A stretch of 64,000 nt of DNA from an uncultured Candidatus Sumerlaeota bacterium. Lineage in GTDB: Bacteria; CAYMEV01. Made by a program: the position numbers and the translations under genes. Below, one piece after another: positions 8,947 to 18,882 of the stretch. The stretch's first letter is position 1; the number at the start of each line of letters is the position of its first letter. Location: the NCBI GenBank assembly GCA_964389675.1, contig CAYMEV010000010.1, forward strand, positions 62,001 to 126,000. Reading direction: 5' to 3'. The notes beneath the pieces are model-generated. The model was not told where the DNA came from and did no database searches. It worked only from the letters and a program-made list of their open reading frames with translations.

Positions 8947-10545
8947 ATGAAAAAGGCTTTCTACTCATTATTACTGCATGCCCACCTTCCTTTTGTCAGA
9001 CATCCGGACCATGTTTTTTTTCTTGAAGAAAACTGGCTGTTTGAAGCAATATCAGAAACCTATATTCCATTACTGCAGATGTTTGAGAGGCTTGTCAATG
9101 AAGGTGTCAGGTTCCGTATCACAATGTCACTTACGCCGCCTCTTGTAAGCATGCTTAAGGATTCTCTTCTGAATTACCGGTATAAGAGGCATCTGGAAAA
9201 GCTGATAGAGCTGTCTGAGAGAGAAGTACACAGGACAAAAAAGAATGCCCAGCTTAATATACTTGCATCTATGTATCTGCGAAAATTTACGAGCTATCAC
9301 AGGTATTTCACAGACTCATTAAAAATGGATATTGTAAATAAATTTAAATATTTTCAGGATATAGGTGTACTGGATATAGTTACCTGCACAGCCACTCACG
9401 CCTTCCTCCCGCTGGTAAAAAGAGAGGAGACTGTGAATGCACTGCTGGCGACTGCACGGGATACACACCGCAAAAATTTCGGTGTGGATCCAACGGGAAT
9501 ATGGCTTGCAGAGTGCGGGTACACCCCAAAACTGGAGAAAAATCTCCACAAGTTTGGCCTGGTATATTTTTTCTGTGAGCATACCTGCATGCAGTATTCT
9601 GACCCTAAAGCCATCTACGGGGTTTATGCTCCGGTTATCTGCAGTGAATCCCCTGTAGCGGCATTTGCAAGGGATATAGAGTCATCAAAGCAGGTCTGGC
9701 ATGCAAAGATAGGCTACCCGGGCGATGTAAACTACAGGGAATTTTACAGGGATATCGGATTTGATATGGACTTTGATTATATCAAACCCTATATCCATCC
9801 AGACGGCATCCGCATAAATACCGGTATTAAATACCACAGGATTACTGGACGGACCAGCTATAAGGATCTATATGACCCATTCAAGGCTATCGAGACAGCC
9901 TCCGTACATGCCAGGCATTTTCTGGAGCAGAGGATGTTCCAGGCAGAAAGGTTATCCGGTGTTATGGACAGGATTCCACTGATTTTTACACCTTTTGATG
10001 CTGAACTATTTGGCCACTGGTGGTATGAAGGGCCTGTTTTCCTGGAATTCCTTATTAAGAAGATCTATCATGATCAAAATACAATCGAGATGATATCGCC
10101 ATCGGATTATCTTGAATATTACCCGTTAAATCAGGAAACGGAGCTTTCCTATTCATCATGGGGTGAGAATGCATATGCGGATTTCTGGCTTGATGAATCA
10201 AACTCATGGATCTACCCTCATCTGCACGAGATGGAGGAAAGGATGGTACAGCTTGCCGAACAGAATAATAATGCAGAGGGCATCATGAAAAGAGCGTTAA
10301 ACCAGCTTGCAAGGGAGCTTTTCCTTGCTCAGTCATCTGACTGGGCATTTATAATTAAAAACGGTACTGCTGTCCAGTATGCGGTAAAGAGGACAAAAAA
10401 CCATATAAACAGGTTTAATACGATCTATGAACAGGCAAAATCCAATATGGTCAATACGCAATACCTTTATGAGATTGAATTGAAGGACAATATTTTCCCT
10501 GAGATTGATTACAGGTATTTCATCCCGGGGCATAAATTCCGCTGA
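8947..10545 (+). CDS. GH57 1,4-alpha-glucan branching enzyme (DUF1957)
   Basis: HAHLPFVRHP, EENWLFEAISETYIP, GIWLAEC, PFDAELFGHWWYEG and AQSSDWAFI. Confidence 0.93.
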   Translation: MKKAFYSLLLHAHLPFVRHPDHVFFLEENWLFEAISETYIPLLQMFERLVNEGVRFRITMSLTPPLVSMLKDSLLNYRYKRHLEKLIELSEREVHRTKKNAQLNILASMYLRKFTSYHRYFTDSLKMDIVNKFKYFQDIGVLDIVTCTATHAFLPLVKREETVNALLATARDTHRKNFGVDPTGIWLAECGYTPKLEKNLHKFGLVYFFCEHTCMQYSDPKAIYGVYAPVICSESPVAAFARDIESSKQVWHAKIGYPGDVNYREFYRDIGFDMDFDYIKPYIHPDGIRINTGIKYHRITGRTSYKDLYDPFKAIETASVHARHFLEQRMFQAERLSGVMDRIPLIFTPFDAELFGHWWYEGPVFLEFLIKKIYHDQNTIEMISPSDYLEYYPLNQETELSYSSWGENAYADFWLDESNSWIYPHLHEMEERMVQLAEQNNNAEGIMKRALNQLARELFLAQSSDWAFIIKNGTAVQYAVKRTKNHINRFNTIYEQAKSNMVNTQYLYEIELKDNIFPEIDYRYFIPGHKFR

Positions 10546-10600
10546 TCTGCCTGGGCAAAAAATGTGCAGGTCCTGCAGGCCAATCCAGGCATTCTATAAA

Positions 10601-12514
10601 TCAGGCGTCATCTCTGTTTCTTGTGATAAACCAGTAGAAAAAGGCAATTAGAGAGAAAAATACAATAAAGCTTATTATATCTTCGCTTATTGCATCAGGC
10701 ACTATTTCTCTTATATGGCAGTACTCTATGATTTTCTTTCCTGAGATAGTTATAACAGAGAGAAATCCAATTATGATAGCCATTAATGCGTCTCCAGCTA
10801 TAAGCCCAGAAGCAAAAAGCGTGCCTCTTTCCTTTACCTCCTTTTTCTTTTCCTCCGGTTTTTTATTCAGTCTTTTATCTACAAGCCAGAAGAGCATGCC
10901 ACCGAATATTATCGGCGATGATGTAGATATAGGCAGGTAAAGCCCTATTGCAAAAGGCAGAGCAGAGATCCCGAGCATTTCCACTATAAGCCCCATCATA
11001 ACACCAATAAAGATAAAGACCCAGGGAAGGCTGTTTCCCATGATCCCTTCTACAATATCTGCCATAAGGGTCGACTGGACAGCCGGAAGTTCCCGGGAAC
11101 CAAGTTCATAGGCCTTATGGAGAAGAATGAGAATATAGCCGACAACAAGTGATGAAAAAAGAGTGCCGATCAATTCACCATACTGCTGTTTGTAGGGTGT
11201 TGCGCCGACCAGGTAGCCGGTTTTCAGGTCCTGCGCCATATCGCCTGAGAGGCAGATTGCTATGCATATAATAGCTGAAATGCTTATTGCTGCAGCCTTG
11301 GTGGTATCATTTGCACCATAAATTCCCATTAAAAGTACTGAAACAACTATAAGTGCTGATATTGTCATTCCTGATACCGGCTGGCTTGTTGAGCCTATTA
11401 AGCCGACTATTCGAGATGAAACCGCAACAAAGAAAAAAGAAAAGATGAGAACTATTGCAACTCCGAGCAGGTTGATATTATACTGTGGAACAGCCAGCAT
11501 CAGTATGATCACAAATGCCAGGCCTATCAGAATATATCTGAGGTTAAGGTCTTTTTCGGTCCTTAAGCTGATATTGCTTTTATTCATGCTGTTCTTTATG
11601 CCTTCTATGCTTCTCTTAAACGAATTAATTATTATGGGAAGGGATTTTATAATGCTCAGGAAACCTCCTATTGCAACGCCTCCAGCTCCAATATACCTGA
11701 GGTAATTGTCCCATATGTCATATGGGCCCATTTCCGATATGAGTATTTCAGCCGGATATATTGGTACAGTAAGGTGCTGGCCGATAAGATGGATGGTCGG
11801 GAGGAATACTACCCATCCCAGCAAACCACCGGACAGCATAACTGCGCTTATCTTTGGGCCTATCAGATATCCTACACCCAGAAGAATTGGAGTCAGTTCA
11901 AACTGAAGCGTTGCCAGATGGAGCTTTTTGGATGTGAATTCCGGTATATCCTTTATAAGCCTGAACCCGCTTATAAAGAATTTATAAAGCATTCCTATCC
12001 CAAGTCCTCCGAAAACAAATTTGGCCTTGCTGCCCTTTTCCTGTCCGGCTATAAGCACCTCTGCACATGCCGTGCCCTCAGGGAAAGGAAGGTTTTTATG
12101 CTCCTTATTGACCAGGTAGTATCTTAAGGGTATCATAAATAATACACCTATTATACATCCGGCTATGCTGAAAAGGAAAATCTTCAGGTAATCAAGCCCC
12201 AGGCCTAAAAAAAGCAGGGCAGGCAAAGTGAAGATAACGCCGGCTACAAGGGATTCACCTGATGATCCGATAGTCTGGACCATATTGTTCTCGAGTATTG
12301 TAGCATTTCTAAAGAAGCTCCGCAGTATTGCCATTGAAATGACAGCAGCGGGTATAGAGGCTGAAACGGTCATGGAAACCCTTAATGCGAGATAAGCATT
12401 TGCTGCACCGAAAACAACAGCTATAAATATTCCAAGTATTATGGCCCTCAGTGTAAATTCAGGAATTTTTTGATCGCTTTTGATATAGGGGAATGAGTTG
12501 TTGTTAATATCCAT
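10601..12514 (-). CDS. OPT-family oligopeptide transporter
   Basis: EFTLRA..LG, ASIPAAVIS, ENNMVQT, LPFPEGTACAEVL and QDLKTGYLVGATP, with many TM helices. Confidence 0.92.
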   Translation of the reverse strand: MDINNNSFPYIKSDQKIPEFTLRAIILGIFIAVVFGAANAYLALRVSMTVSASIPAAVISMAILRSFFRNATILENNMVQTIGSSGESLVAGVIFTLPALLFLGLGLDYLKIFLFSIAGCIIGVLFMIPLRYYLVNKEHKNLPFPEGTACAEVLIAGQEKGSKAKFVFGGLGIGMLYKFFISGFRLIKDIPEFTSKKLHLATLQFELTPILLGVGYLIGPKISAVMLSGGLLGWVVFLPTIHLIGQHLTVPIYPAEILISEMGPYDIWDNYLRYIGAGGVAIGGFLSIIKSLPIIINSFKRSIEGIKNSMNKSNISLRTEKDLNLRYILIGLAFVIILMLAVPQYNINLLGVAIVLIFSFFFVAVSSRIVGLIGSTSQPVSGMTISALIVVSVLLMGIYGANDTTKAAAISISAIICIAICLSGDMAQDLKTGYLVGATPYKQQYGELIGTLFSSLVVGYILILLHKAYELGSRELPAVQSTLMADIVEGIMGNSLPWVFIFIGVMMGLIVEMLGISALPFAIGLYLPISTSSPIIFGGMLFWLVDKRLNKKPEEKKKEVKERGTLFASGLIAGDALMAIIIGFLSVITISGKKIIEYCHIREIVPDAISEDIISFIVFFSLIAFFYWFITRNRDDA

Positions 12515-12724
12515 AGCTAATCCATCCTATCAAATAATACTAAAATTATAATTATGGAATTTTTAAACATATATCAAAATCATCCTATATTAAAAGAAAA
12601 AAATAATTATTTTATGGATATATTTCTGTTACTCATTTATAATCAACGATTACTAATGTTGTTTACGTATGCAGAGAAATAATGTTCAGATTAAATAATA
12701 AGTCAATAGAAGAGGGAGGGACTG

Positions 12725-13759
12725 ATGGCAGTTTTAAATGTTCTAAAGATTAATGATGAGCTTGCATATATCATAAGCGATGAAGAGTACCTGACCAGAA
12801 GAGGCCTGCGAAGGACCTACCATTCCAATAATATACACTCCATTCTTGACAAAGAAATTTCAGAAGCTTCCGGTATGAATCTGGTCATAGGCTTTGTAGG
12901 ATTTTCGAACTTCGGTATGGAGCTGGTTCAAAAGCTCAAAGAAAGGCTTGCTTCACTTATTGATGACGATAAAGGCATTTTTCCCCGGAGCGTATCGGAA
13001 ATTGCTGATAAAGGCGCAGGTATAATTACTGAACTGACAAAAGAAAAAGTAAATTCGAGGCTTGAATACCTTTATGGATTTAACATGGATGATATCAACA
13101 GGACCTTTATCTCTGATAATATGGATAAGACAGAGATAAAGCAAAGCGATATACAAAAAAAAGCCCTGGAAATAATAAATAAAAAGGAAAAGGGCGGGGT
13201 CATAGATGATATAAATAAAATAGAGTTTATTTTTACAGGGTATGATAAAAATGATGGAATACAGATCTACCAGATACAGCCCGAGAACTGTGTCCTTAAT
13301 CCAATGCCGTCCCTTTTTGCCTCTATAGGAGCGGGAGCTGATGTCTGCAACCTGATCTTTGCAGAATTTATCAACAAAACACCCCTGCAGAAGCGAAGAG
13401 AAGGGATAGACCCGATCGAGGGCCTGATGGAGATCTTCTGGAGTGTCAACCAGGCAAGCCTTTACAACCATCAGGTCGGCGGATACTGCCATCTCTGCAT
13501 AATTGACAGGAAAAATGCAAAATCAGGCAACAGGATAAGGATGTATTCTGATCATAAGCCAAAAGTGGGATCGGATATAGTGAAGGCCTATAAAAAGGGG
13601 TGGCTTGAGAAGGAAAAGACAAAGGAACTTATCAGAGAGCTCTTTTTTGGAGACCTGACCTTTGAACAGGCAGAAGAACAGATGTTCAAGCATTCAAGCA
13701 ATAAGAAAGAAATGGACCTTTTTCTCAGAGGCTATAAATATTTTGAGAATTTAAAATGA
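12725..13759 (+). CDS. Proteasome-beta/Ntn-hydrolase-like protein, predicted inactive (Ala1)
   Basis: Aligns end to end by eye with the downstream paralog: SDE, GFVG, SIGAG, QVGGY, SDH.K, FLRGYK. RBS GGGAGGG. Confidence 0.6.
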   Translation: MAVLNVLKINDELAYIISDEEYLTRRGLRRTYHSNNIHSILDKEISEASGMNLVIGFVGFSNFGMELVQKLKERLASLIDDDKGIFPRSVSEIADKGAGIITELTKEKVNSRLEYLYGFNMDDINRTFISDNMDKTEIKQSDIQKKALEIINKKEKGGVIDDINKIEFIFTGYDKNDGIQIYQIQPENCVLNPMPSLFASIGAGADVCNLIFAEFINKTPLQKRREGIDPIEGLMEIFWSVNQASLYNHQVGGYCHLCIIDRKNAKSGNRIRMYSDHKPKVGSDIVKAYKKGWLEKEKTKELIRELFFGDLTFEQAEEQMFKHSSNKKEMDLFLRGYKYFENLK

Positions 13760-13811
13760 AGATGATCTATGCAGAAAATGAAAAAAGAATTTTTAACAGG
13801 AGATTTGAGCT

Positions 13812-14852
13812 ATGACTGTAATAAATGCACTGAGGTTTGACAGGTATTCAGGTGTCATGGTCTGCGACGAACAGACAACTTATGGTAATTTTGAGAGGAA
13901 AATAGATTCTGCCGATAAGATCCAGACCATTATTGATAGTGATATTGAGAATAAAGAGATGATATCCGCCTGCCTTGGCTGTTCAGGAACTGTATTGATA
14001 GCTGCTGAGATGAGAGCAAAGATTAAAAATAAAATCAAGAATAAGTATGCTGATTATAGATCAAATATCATGAATTCCAGGGGAGTATTCCTAAAACTGG
14101 ATGATGTGGCTAAAATTGCATTTGAATCCATAAAAGAGATAAAGATGAGGCATATTGATTCAATTATTAATGCTAAGTATAATTTCAATATCAGAAATTT
14201 TATTTCAGGCACATACCTGAAGGACTCATCTAATTATAAGATTGAACAGAAAGAAATAATTGAACATGTTTTAAGCCTTCTGTCGTGGAAGGGTATGATT
14301 GATGATGTAAGATATGTTTTCCTTAACAGGAGCATACTTGCCGGACTGGATCCAAACGGTGAATTTGATATTTATTCATTATCAATGATTGACGGCAGTA
14401 TGAGCAAAGTACAGAGCATATTTCAATCAGTTGGTTCCGGGCAGGATATAAGCGATATTGTCTTCATAAGATGGTCAATGAACAAAACGCTGGAAGAGAG
14501 ACTGCAGGGCTTTGAACCGGATGATGGCCTGCTGGCAATTATCAATGCCACAAATGCGGCATCTACAAATAATATAGGGGTCGGCGGCTATTTTAATATA
14601 GTATTGTTTAACGGGCGGGAAAAATCCCCGAAAAAGCGGAGGATTGAGATCTCAGATCATAGAGCAAAGCTTTCATGTGAGATTGCATCTGCATACCAGT
14701 TTGATTTCATAACAAGGGAAGATGCCCGTGTTTTGCTGAGAAGCCTTATATTTGAGAACAGCAGCTTCGATGAGGTTAATGACAGATTTTTTGCAAAAGC
14801 AAAAAACCTGGTGGAGATGCAGAGGTTTCTCAGAGGGTATAAAAGGGGTTAG
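13812..14852 (+). CDS. Proteasome-beta/Ntn-hydrolase-like protein with N-terminal Thr, predicted active
   Basis: Starts M-T. After Met removal it has Thr1, Asp18, Lys35, GCSG, SVGSG and NIGVGG, the motif order of proteasome beta/HslV/Anbu. RBS AGGAG. Confidence 0.7.
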   Translation: MTVINALRFDRYSGVMVCDEQTTYGNFERKIDSADKIQTIIDSDIENKEMISACLGCSGTVLIAAEMRAKIKNKIKNKYADYRSNIMNSRGVFLKLDDVAKIAFESIKEIKMRHIDSIINAKYNFNIRNFISGTYLKDSSNYKIEQKEIIEHVLSLLSWKGMIDDVRYVFLNRSILAGLDPNGEFDIYSLSMIDGSMSKVQSIFQSVGSGQDISDIVFIRWSMNKTLEERLQGFEPDDGLLAIINATNAASTNNIGVGGYFNIVLFNGREKSPKKRRIEISDHRAKLSCEIASAYQFDFITREDARVLLRSLIFENSSFDEVNDRFFAKAKNLVEMQRFLRGYKRG

Positions 14853-14860
14853 CCAGCATA

Positions 14861-15670
14861 TCAGAGCTTATGAATAACGCCCAGCTGAAAGATGAAAGAG
14901 CTGGGGTTTATCTGTACATCAGAATGCTGGTATTCAGGCCCTGATTCGATCCTGTAACGATTATCCTCATAATACCTGTAGCCAATTTTTAGAAAGAGCC
15001 TTATCTCCTTGTATATAATATAATTTGACTCAACAGACAGATTGAACCCAAATTCTGAATAGGATTTCTTATTCCAGTTTGCAATATGTGATATATTGTC
15101 ATTGTTAATGGTATAATGGTGCCTGATTATGTCAAAATCCATGTTCATATAATCAATTCCTATCACATAATATGCTTTCATTGAACCAAGGTCTTTTATA
15201 AGTCCCTTAAAGGATATACCATGATTCATCCTGCTAAATTCCCAGACATCCTTCTCCAGGAAATATATTGTATCAGTTCCGGAAAATCTTGTTCCTCCAA
15301 GCAGGGGGAAAGAGGCTCTTCCCTCAGAAAAAGAGTATTCAAAATTTATAAAATAATCCCGGTTTTTTGGGCTGACTGACAAAAAGAAGGTGTACTGCGC
15401 TTTGTTAAATCGGTCTGCTGTAAAATTAGTAAAAATGGAATTTGTTTCATAATAGCTGTCAGAAGTGTCATTAAGCCTGTAATGGTAATTAAACCGGCTG
15501 ATATCATTGAAATCATAATAAACCCTTCTTGTATGAAAGTTTGTCAGGAGGCTGAAAGAGATATAATAATCCAGAAGATCTGATGAAAATGCAATAACAG
15601 GACTAAAAAACAATAATGTGAGCAATAGAATTTTTATTAAACAGCAGTTTTTCATAGTTTCATATTCCAA
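14861..15670 (-). CDS. Hypothetical exported protein, probable outer-membrane beta-barrel
   Basis: Signal peptide, aromatic-rich amphipathic strands and a terminal FIFQLGVIHKL strand. Confidence 0.55.
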   Translation of the reverse strand: MEYETMKNCCLIKILLLTLLFFSPVIAFSSDLLDYYISFSLLTNFHTRRVYYDFNDISRFNYHYRLNDTSDSYYETNSIFTNFTADRFNKAQYTFFLSVSPKNRDYFINFEYSFSEGRASFPLLGGTRFSGTDTIYFLEKDVWEFSRMNHGISFKGLIKDLGSMKAYYVIGIDYMNMDFDIIRHHYTINNDNISHIANWNKKSYSEFGFNLSVESNYIIYKEIRLFLKIGYRYYEDNRYRIESGPEYQHSDVQINPSSFIFQLGVIHKL

Positions 15671-15859
15671 AAAGAACAGAAATTTTTACTAAGGGTACAT
15701 AATAGACGAAATTCTCTTATATTTCAACCGAAAAAGCAATAACATTGAAAGAAAATAAGCTCTATTTTTTCAGCATTAAAAAATTAACTTGATATATTAG
15801 ACTACTGTGTTATAAGTAAAAATTTATATACAGACTCTTTATAACATTTGGAGGAAAAA

Positions 15860-17944
15860 ATGGCAGAGTTTAAAAACAAAAATCTAAGAAACATTTCAAT
15901 TGTAGGGCACGGAAGCACCGGGAAAACACAGCTTACATCAGCTATGCTGTTTTCTGCGAAAGCAATCAGCAGATTCCTGAAGGTTGATGAGGGAAATACT
16001 GTTACTGATTTTGATGATGAAGAGATAAAAAGAAAGATTTCAATATCATCCAGTATGGCATACTTATCCTATGGAAACAGCAGGATGAATATCTTTGATA
16101 CACCGGGATTTGGGAATTTTATCCAGGATGCTAAGAACTGTATCAGTGTTACAGAAGCATCCCTGGTGGTTGTCTGTTCCGTAAGCGGTGTAGAGGTACA
16201 GACTGAGAAAGTATATAAAGATGCTGCTGATTTTAAGGCATCAAGAGCATTTTTTATAAACAAGCTTGACAGAGAAAGGGGTAGTTTCGAATCTGCTCTC
16301 GAATCAATCACTGATACATTTGATACCAAGGCAATGCCCATTTTCTATCCAATTGGTTCAGAGGCTAAATTTTGCGGTATTGTAGATATTTTTAATAAAA
16401 AGGCCTATTATTATAAGGATGACCAGTCGGGAGATTATGAGATAAAGGAAGTACCTGAGGAACTGAAGGATAAAATTGATGAGCTCTATGATTCCTTGAT
16501 CGAGAACATAGTGGAGTTCGATGAGGAATTAATGGAACGCTACCTTAACGAAGAGGAAATCGGCAAGGAAGAGCTCTTCAGGGCATTGAAGGATGGTTTC
16601 CATAAAGGAGCATTATGCCCGGTCTTTTGCGGTTCAGCATTAAAGAATATAGGGATCAGGAATCTGCTTGAGTGGGTGGATTATATATTTCCAGATCCCT
16701 CTGAAGCCCTCGAAATAACCGGGATAAATGAAAAACAGGAGAAGGAAAAGATATGTATTGACGATTCCGCCCCTTTTCTGGGTTATGTATTCAAAACAAC
16801 ATCAGACCCGTTTACAGGGAAGATAACCTTTATTAAGGTTCTACAGGGAATTTTGAACACTGACACTACGATCATTAACAGGACCAATAATCAAAAAGAG
16901 AGGATAGGCCAGCTTATTTACCTTATGGGGAAAAATTCCAAAGCAGTTATAGAAGCAAGTGCTGGAGATATTTGTGCAGTTGCCAAACTTAAGACAACTA
17001 ATACCGGCGATACAATATCATTGAATCAGGGTGAACTGAAGGTTGTTCCAATTATCATTCCTGAACCTATAATGTCCTTTGCTATCGAACCAAAAACAAA
17101 GAAGGATGAGGACAAGATAAGTGCTTCAATAGCAAGGCTGCTTGAGGAAGATCCGACATTTGTATATAAGAGGGATTCCCAGACTAATGAGCTTATTATA
17201 TCAGGCATGGGGCAGCAGCATGTTGAGGTTATCGTAAGCAAGCTTAAGAACAAGTATAATGTTGATGTTGACCTTAAACCGCCGAAGGTCCCGTATAAGG
17301 AGACCATAAAGGTCTCTGCAAAGGCTCATGGCAGGTACAAGAAGCAGACCGGCGGAAAAGGGCAGTTTGGAGACTGCCATTTAGAGATCATACCTCAGAA
17401 GAGGGGTGATGGCTTTGAATTTGTTAATGCCATCGTAGGAGGTGTAATCCCAAAAACCTATATCCCTGCTGTTGAAAAGGGTGTCATAGGTGCCATGGAG
17501 GAGGGGATTGTAGCCGGATATCCGGTAGTTGACGTAAAGGTAATTCTCTATGATGGGTCCTACCACCCTGTAGACAGTTCTGAAATAGCATTCAAGATCG
17601 CGGGCTCCATGGGGTTTAAAAAGGCATTTCACGATGCCCAGCCAGTCCTGCTCGAACCCTACATGAAGCTTTCGGTAGTGGTTCCAGATGATTATATGGG
17701 TGATATCACCGGTGATGTATCTTCCAAGAGGGGCAGGATATTAGGCATGGATTCAAAAAAGGGCAGAAGTATTGTTGAAGCTGTCGTTCCTATGTCAGAG
17801 CTTTTTAATTATTCAAATGAGCTTAAGAGCATGACAGGGGGAAGAGGGAATTTCAATATGGAATTCTCGCATTATGAAGAAGTGCCTCACGCTATCGCGG
17901 AAAAAATAATTGAATCATTCAAGAAAGAAGATGAACAACAATAG
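15860..17944 (+). CDS. fusA: Elongation factor G paralog (EF-G2-like, stand-alone)
   Basis: GHGSTGKT, RKISI, DTPG, NKLD, domain IV KKQTGGKGQFG and GSYHPVDSSE. ATG at 15860 follows GGAGG. Confidence 0.9.
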   Translation: MAEFKNKNLRNISIVGHGSTGKTQLTSAMLFSAKAISRFLKVDEGNTVTDFDDEEIKRKISISSSMAYLSYGNSRMNIFDTPGFGNFIQDAKNCISVTEASLVVVCSVSGVEVQTEKVYKDAADFKASRAFFINKLDRERGSFESALESITDTFDTKAMPIFYPIGSEAKFCGIVDIFNKKAYYYKDDQSGDYEIKEVPEELKDKIDELYDSLIENIVEFDEELMERYLNEEEIGKEELFRALKDGFHKGALCPVFCGSALKNIGIRNLLEWVDYIFPDPSEALEITGINEKQEKEKICIDDSAPFLGYVFKTTSDPFTGKITFIKVLQGILNTDTTIINRTNNQKERIGQLIYLMGKNSKAVIEASAGDICAVAKLKTTNTGDTISLNQGELKVVPIIIPEPIMSFAIEPKTKKDEDKISASIARLLEEDPTFVYKRDSQTNELIISGMGQQHVEVIVSKLKNKYNVDVDLKPPKVPYKETIKVSAKAHGRYKKQTGGKGQFGDCHLEIIPQKRGDGFEFVNAIVGGVIPKTYIPAVEKGVIGAMEEGIVAGYPVVDVKVILYDGSYHPVDSSEIAFKIAGSMGFKKAFHDAQPVLLEPYMKLSVVVPDDYMGDITGDVSSKRGRILGMDSKKGRSIVEAVVPMSELFNYSNELKSMTGGRGNFNMEFSHYEEVPHAIAEKIIESFKKEDEQQ

Positions 17945-17947
17945 ATA

Positions 17948-17982
17948 GAGGGCTGGCCTCAGCCCTCCTCACCGCTTTTTTT
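17948..17982 (+). terminator. Hairpin between convergent fusA and NlpC/P60 genes
   Basis: GAGGGCTG-GCCT-CAGCCCTC stem with a T7 run 8 nt downstream. Confidence 0.5.
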
Positions 17983-17988
17983 CCTGCA

Positions 17989-18882
17989 TCATTTTATTGC
18001 AAAAAGCCTCTTTATCCCTGTTATATTGAACCTTTGCCTGAAATTGTCCAGGCTGCAGGTTATTACCTGTTTTTTCCTGTATGATGCCTCAAGTACCCTT
18101 GCTTCATCTCCTTCAAAATAAACAAAAGCTATATGCTTGTTTCCGCGGAGTATGCTTCTCGCATAAATAATATCAAGGTCCCTGATATTATCAGGTATAT
18201 ATCCGATGGTGCCATACTGATCCTCTGAATGCTTCGGCAGGCAAACCCCGAACCTGTCATAAACTGCCCTCATAATAAATCCAGAACAGTCTACCTCACT
18301 GTGTGAAGACGATCCCAGCCTATATTTTATGCCCTTTTCCAGGTAATTAATCCTCAGGTATTCTTTGAATTTAAGAAGCTCATCCCTGCTTATAAATATA
18401 CTCTGCCCTTTTCTTAAAATATAGCTGCTGCCCCTTCTTGATGATATTTCAAGATTATCGCATTCTGTCCATCCATAACAGGTGAAAGGCGTCCATAAAA
18501 AGGCAAGGGATTTATTCTGACATACCATGACTGAGGGAGGGTCATTCCTTTGAAGCTGTATTGAGAGTTTTTCCCGCTTTGCTGATGAATAAAGGTTGAT
18601 CCAGTCGTATTTCGGCATCCATAGCCTGGTATTGGACATCCTCTCTTTTAATGAGGAAATGCTTATTGAGAAGGAAAGGCCATCTTCCTGATCTGTTCCT
18701 TTAAGCCTTGCTTTAAGCTTTTCAAATATTGATGGAATTAAGGCTTCTCCATAGCATACTGTACCTTTTAAATCAGTCTTAAGGCTGATTTCTGCTCCAT
18801 CAAAGCCATGTATTGAGGCTAAATCATTCTTCAGCCCTGAGATTATGAAGCTGGCCTCTTCTTTATTTTTCAGGTTCTTCAT
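17989..18882 (-). CDS. NlpC/P60 (C40) cell-wall peptidase-domain protein
   Basis: C-terminal YRLG....VDCSGF, LPKHSEDQY and HIAF catalytic Cys/His. No clear signal peptide. Confidence 0.75.
   Translation of the reverse strand: MKNLKNKEEASFIISGLKNDLASIHGFDGAEISLKTDLKGTVCYGEALIPSIFEKLKARLKGTDQEDGLSFSISISSLKERMSNTRLWMPKYDWINLYSSAKREKLSIQLQRNDPPSVMVCQNKSLAFLWTPFTCYGWTECDNLEISSRRGSSYILRKGQSIFISRDELLKFKEYLRINYLEKGIKYRLGSSSHSEVDCSGFIMRAVYDRFGVCLPKHSEDQYGTIGYIPDNIRDLDIIYARSILRGNKHIAFVYFEGDEARVLEASYRKKQVITCSLDNFRQRFNITGIKRLFAIK

Noticed and set aside
12953-13492. 179-aa antisense ORF inside the first Ntn-like gene
   Set aside because: No motifs; a shadow of the plus-strand gene.
12725-14852. Calling the pair prcA/prcB, hslV or Anbu
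   Set aside because: Lengths, insertions, lack of a propeptide and absence of the usual partner genes do not fit. No symbol assigned without a search.
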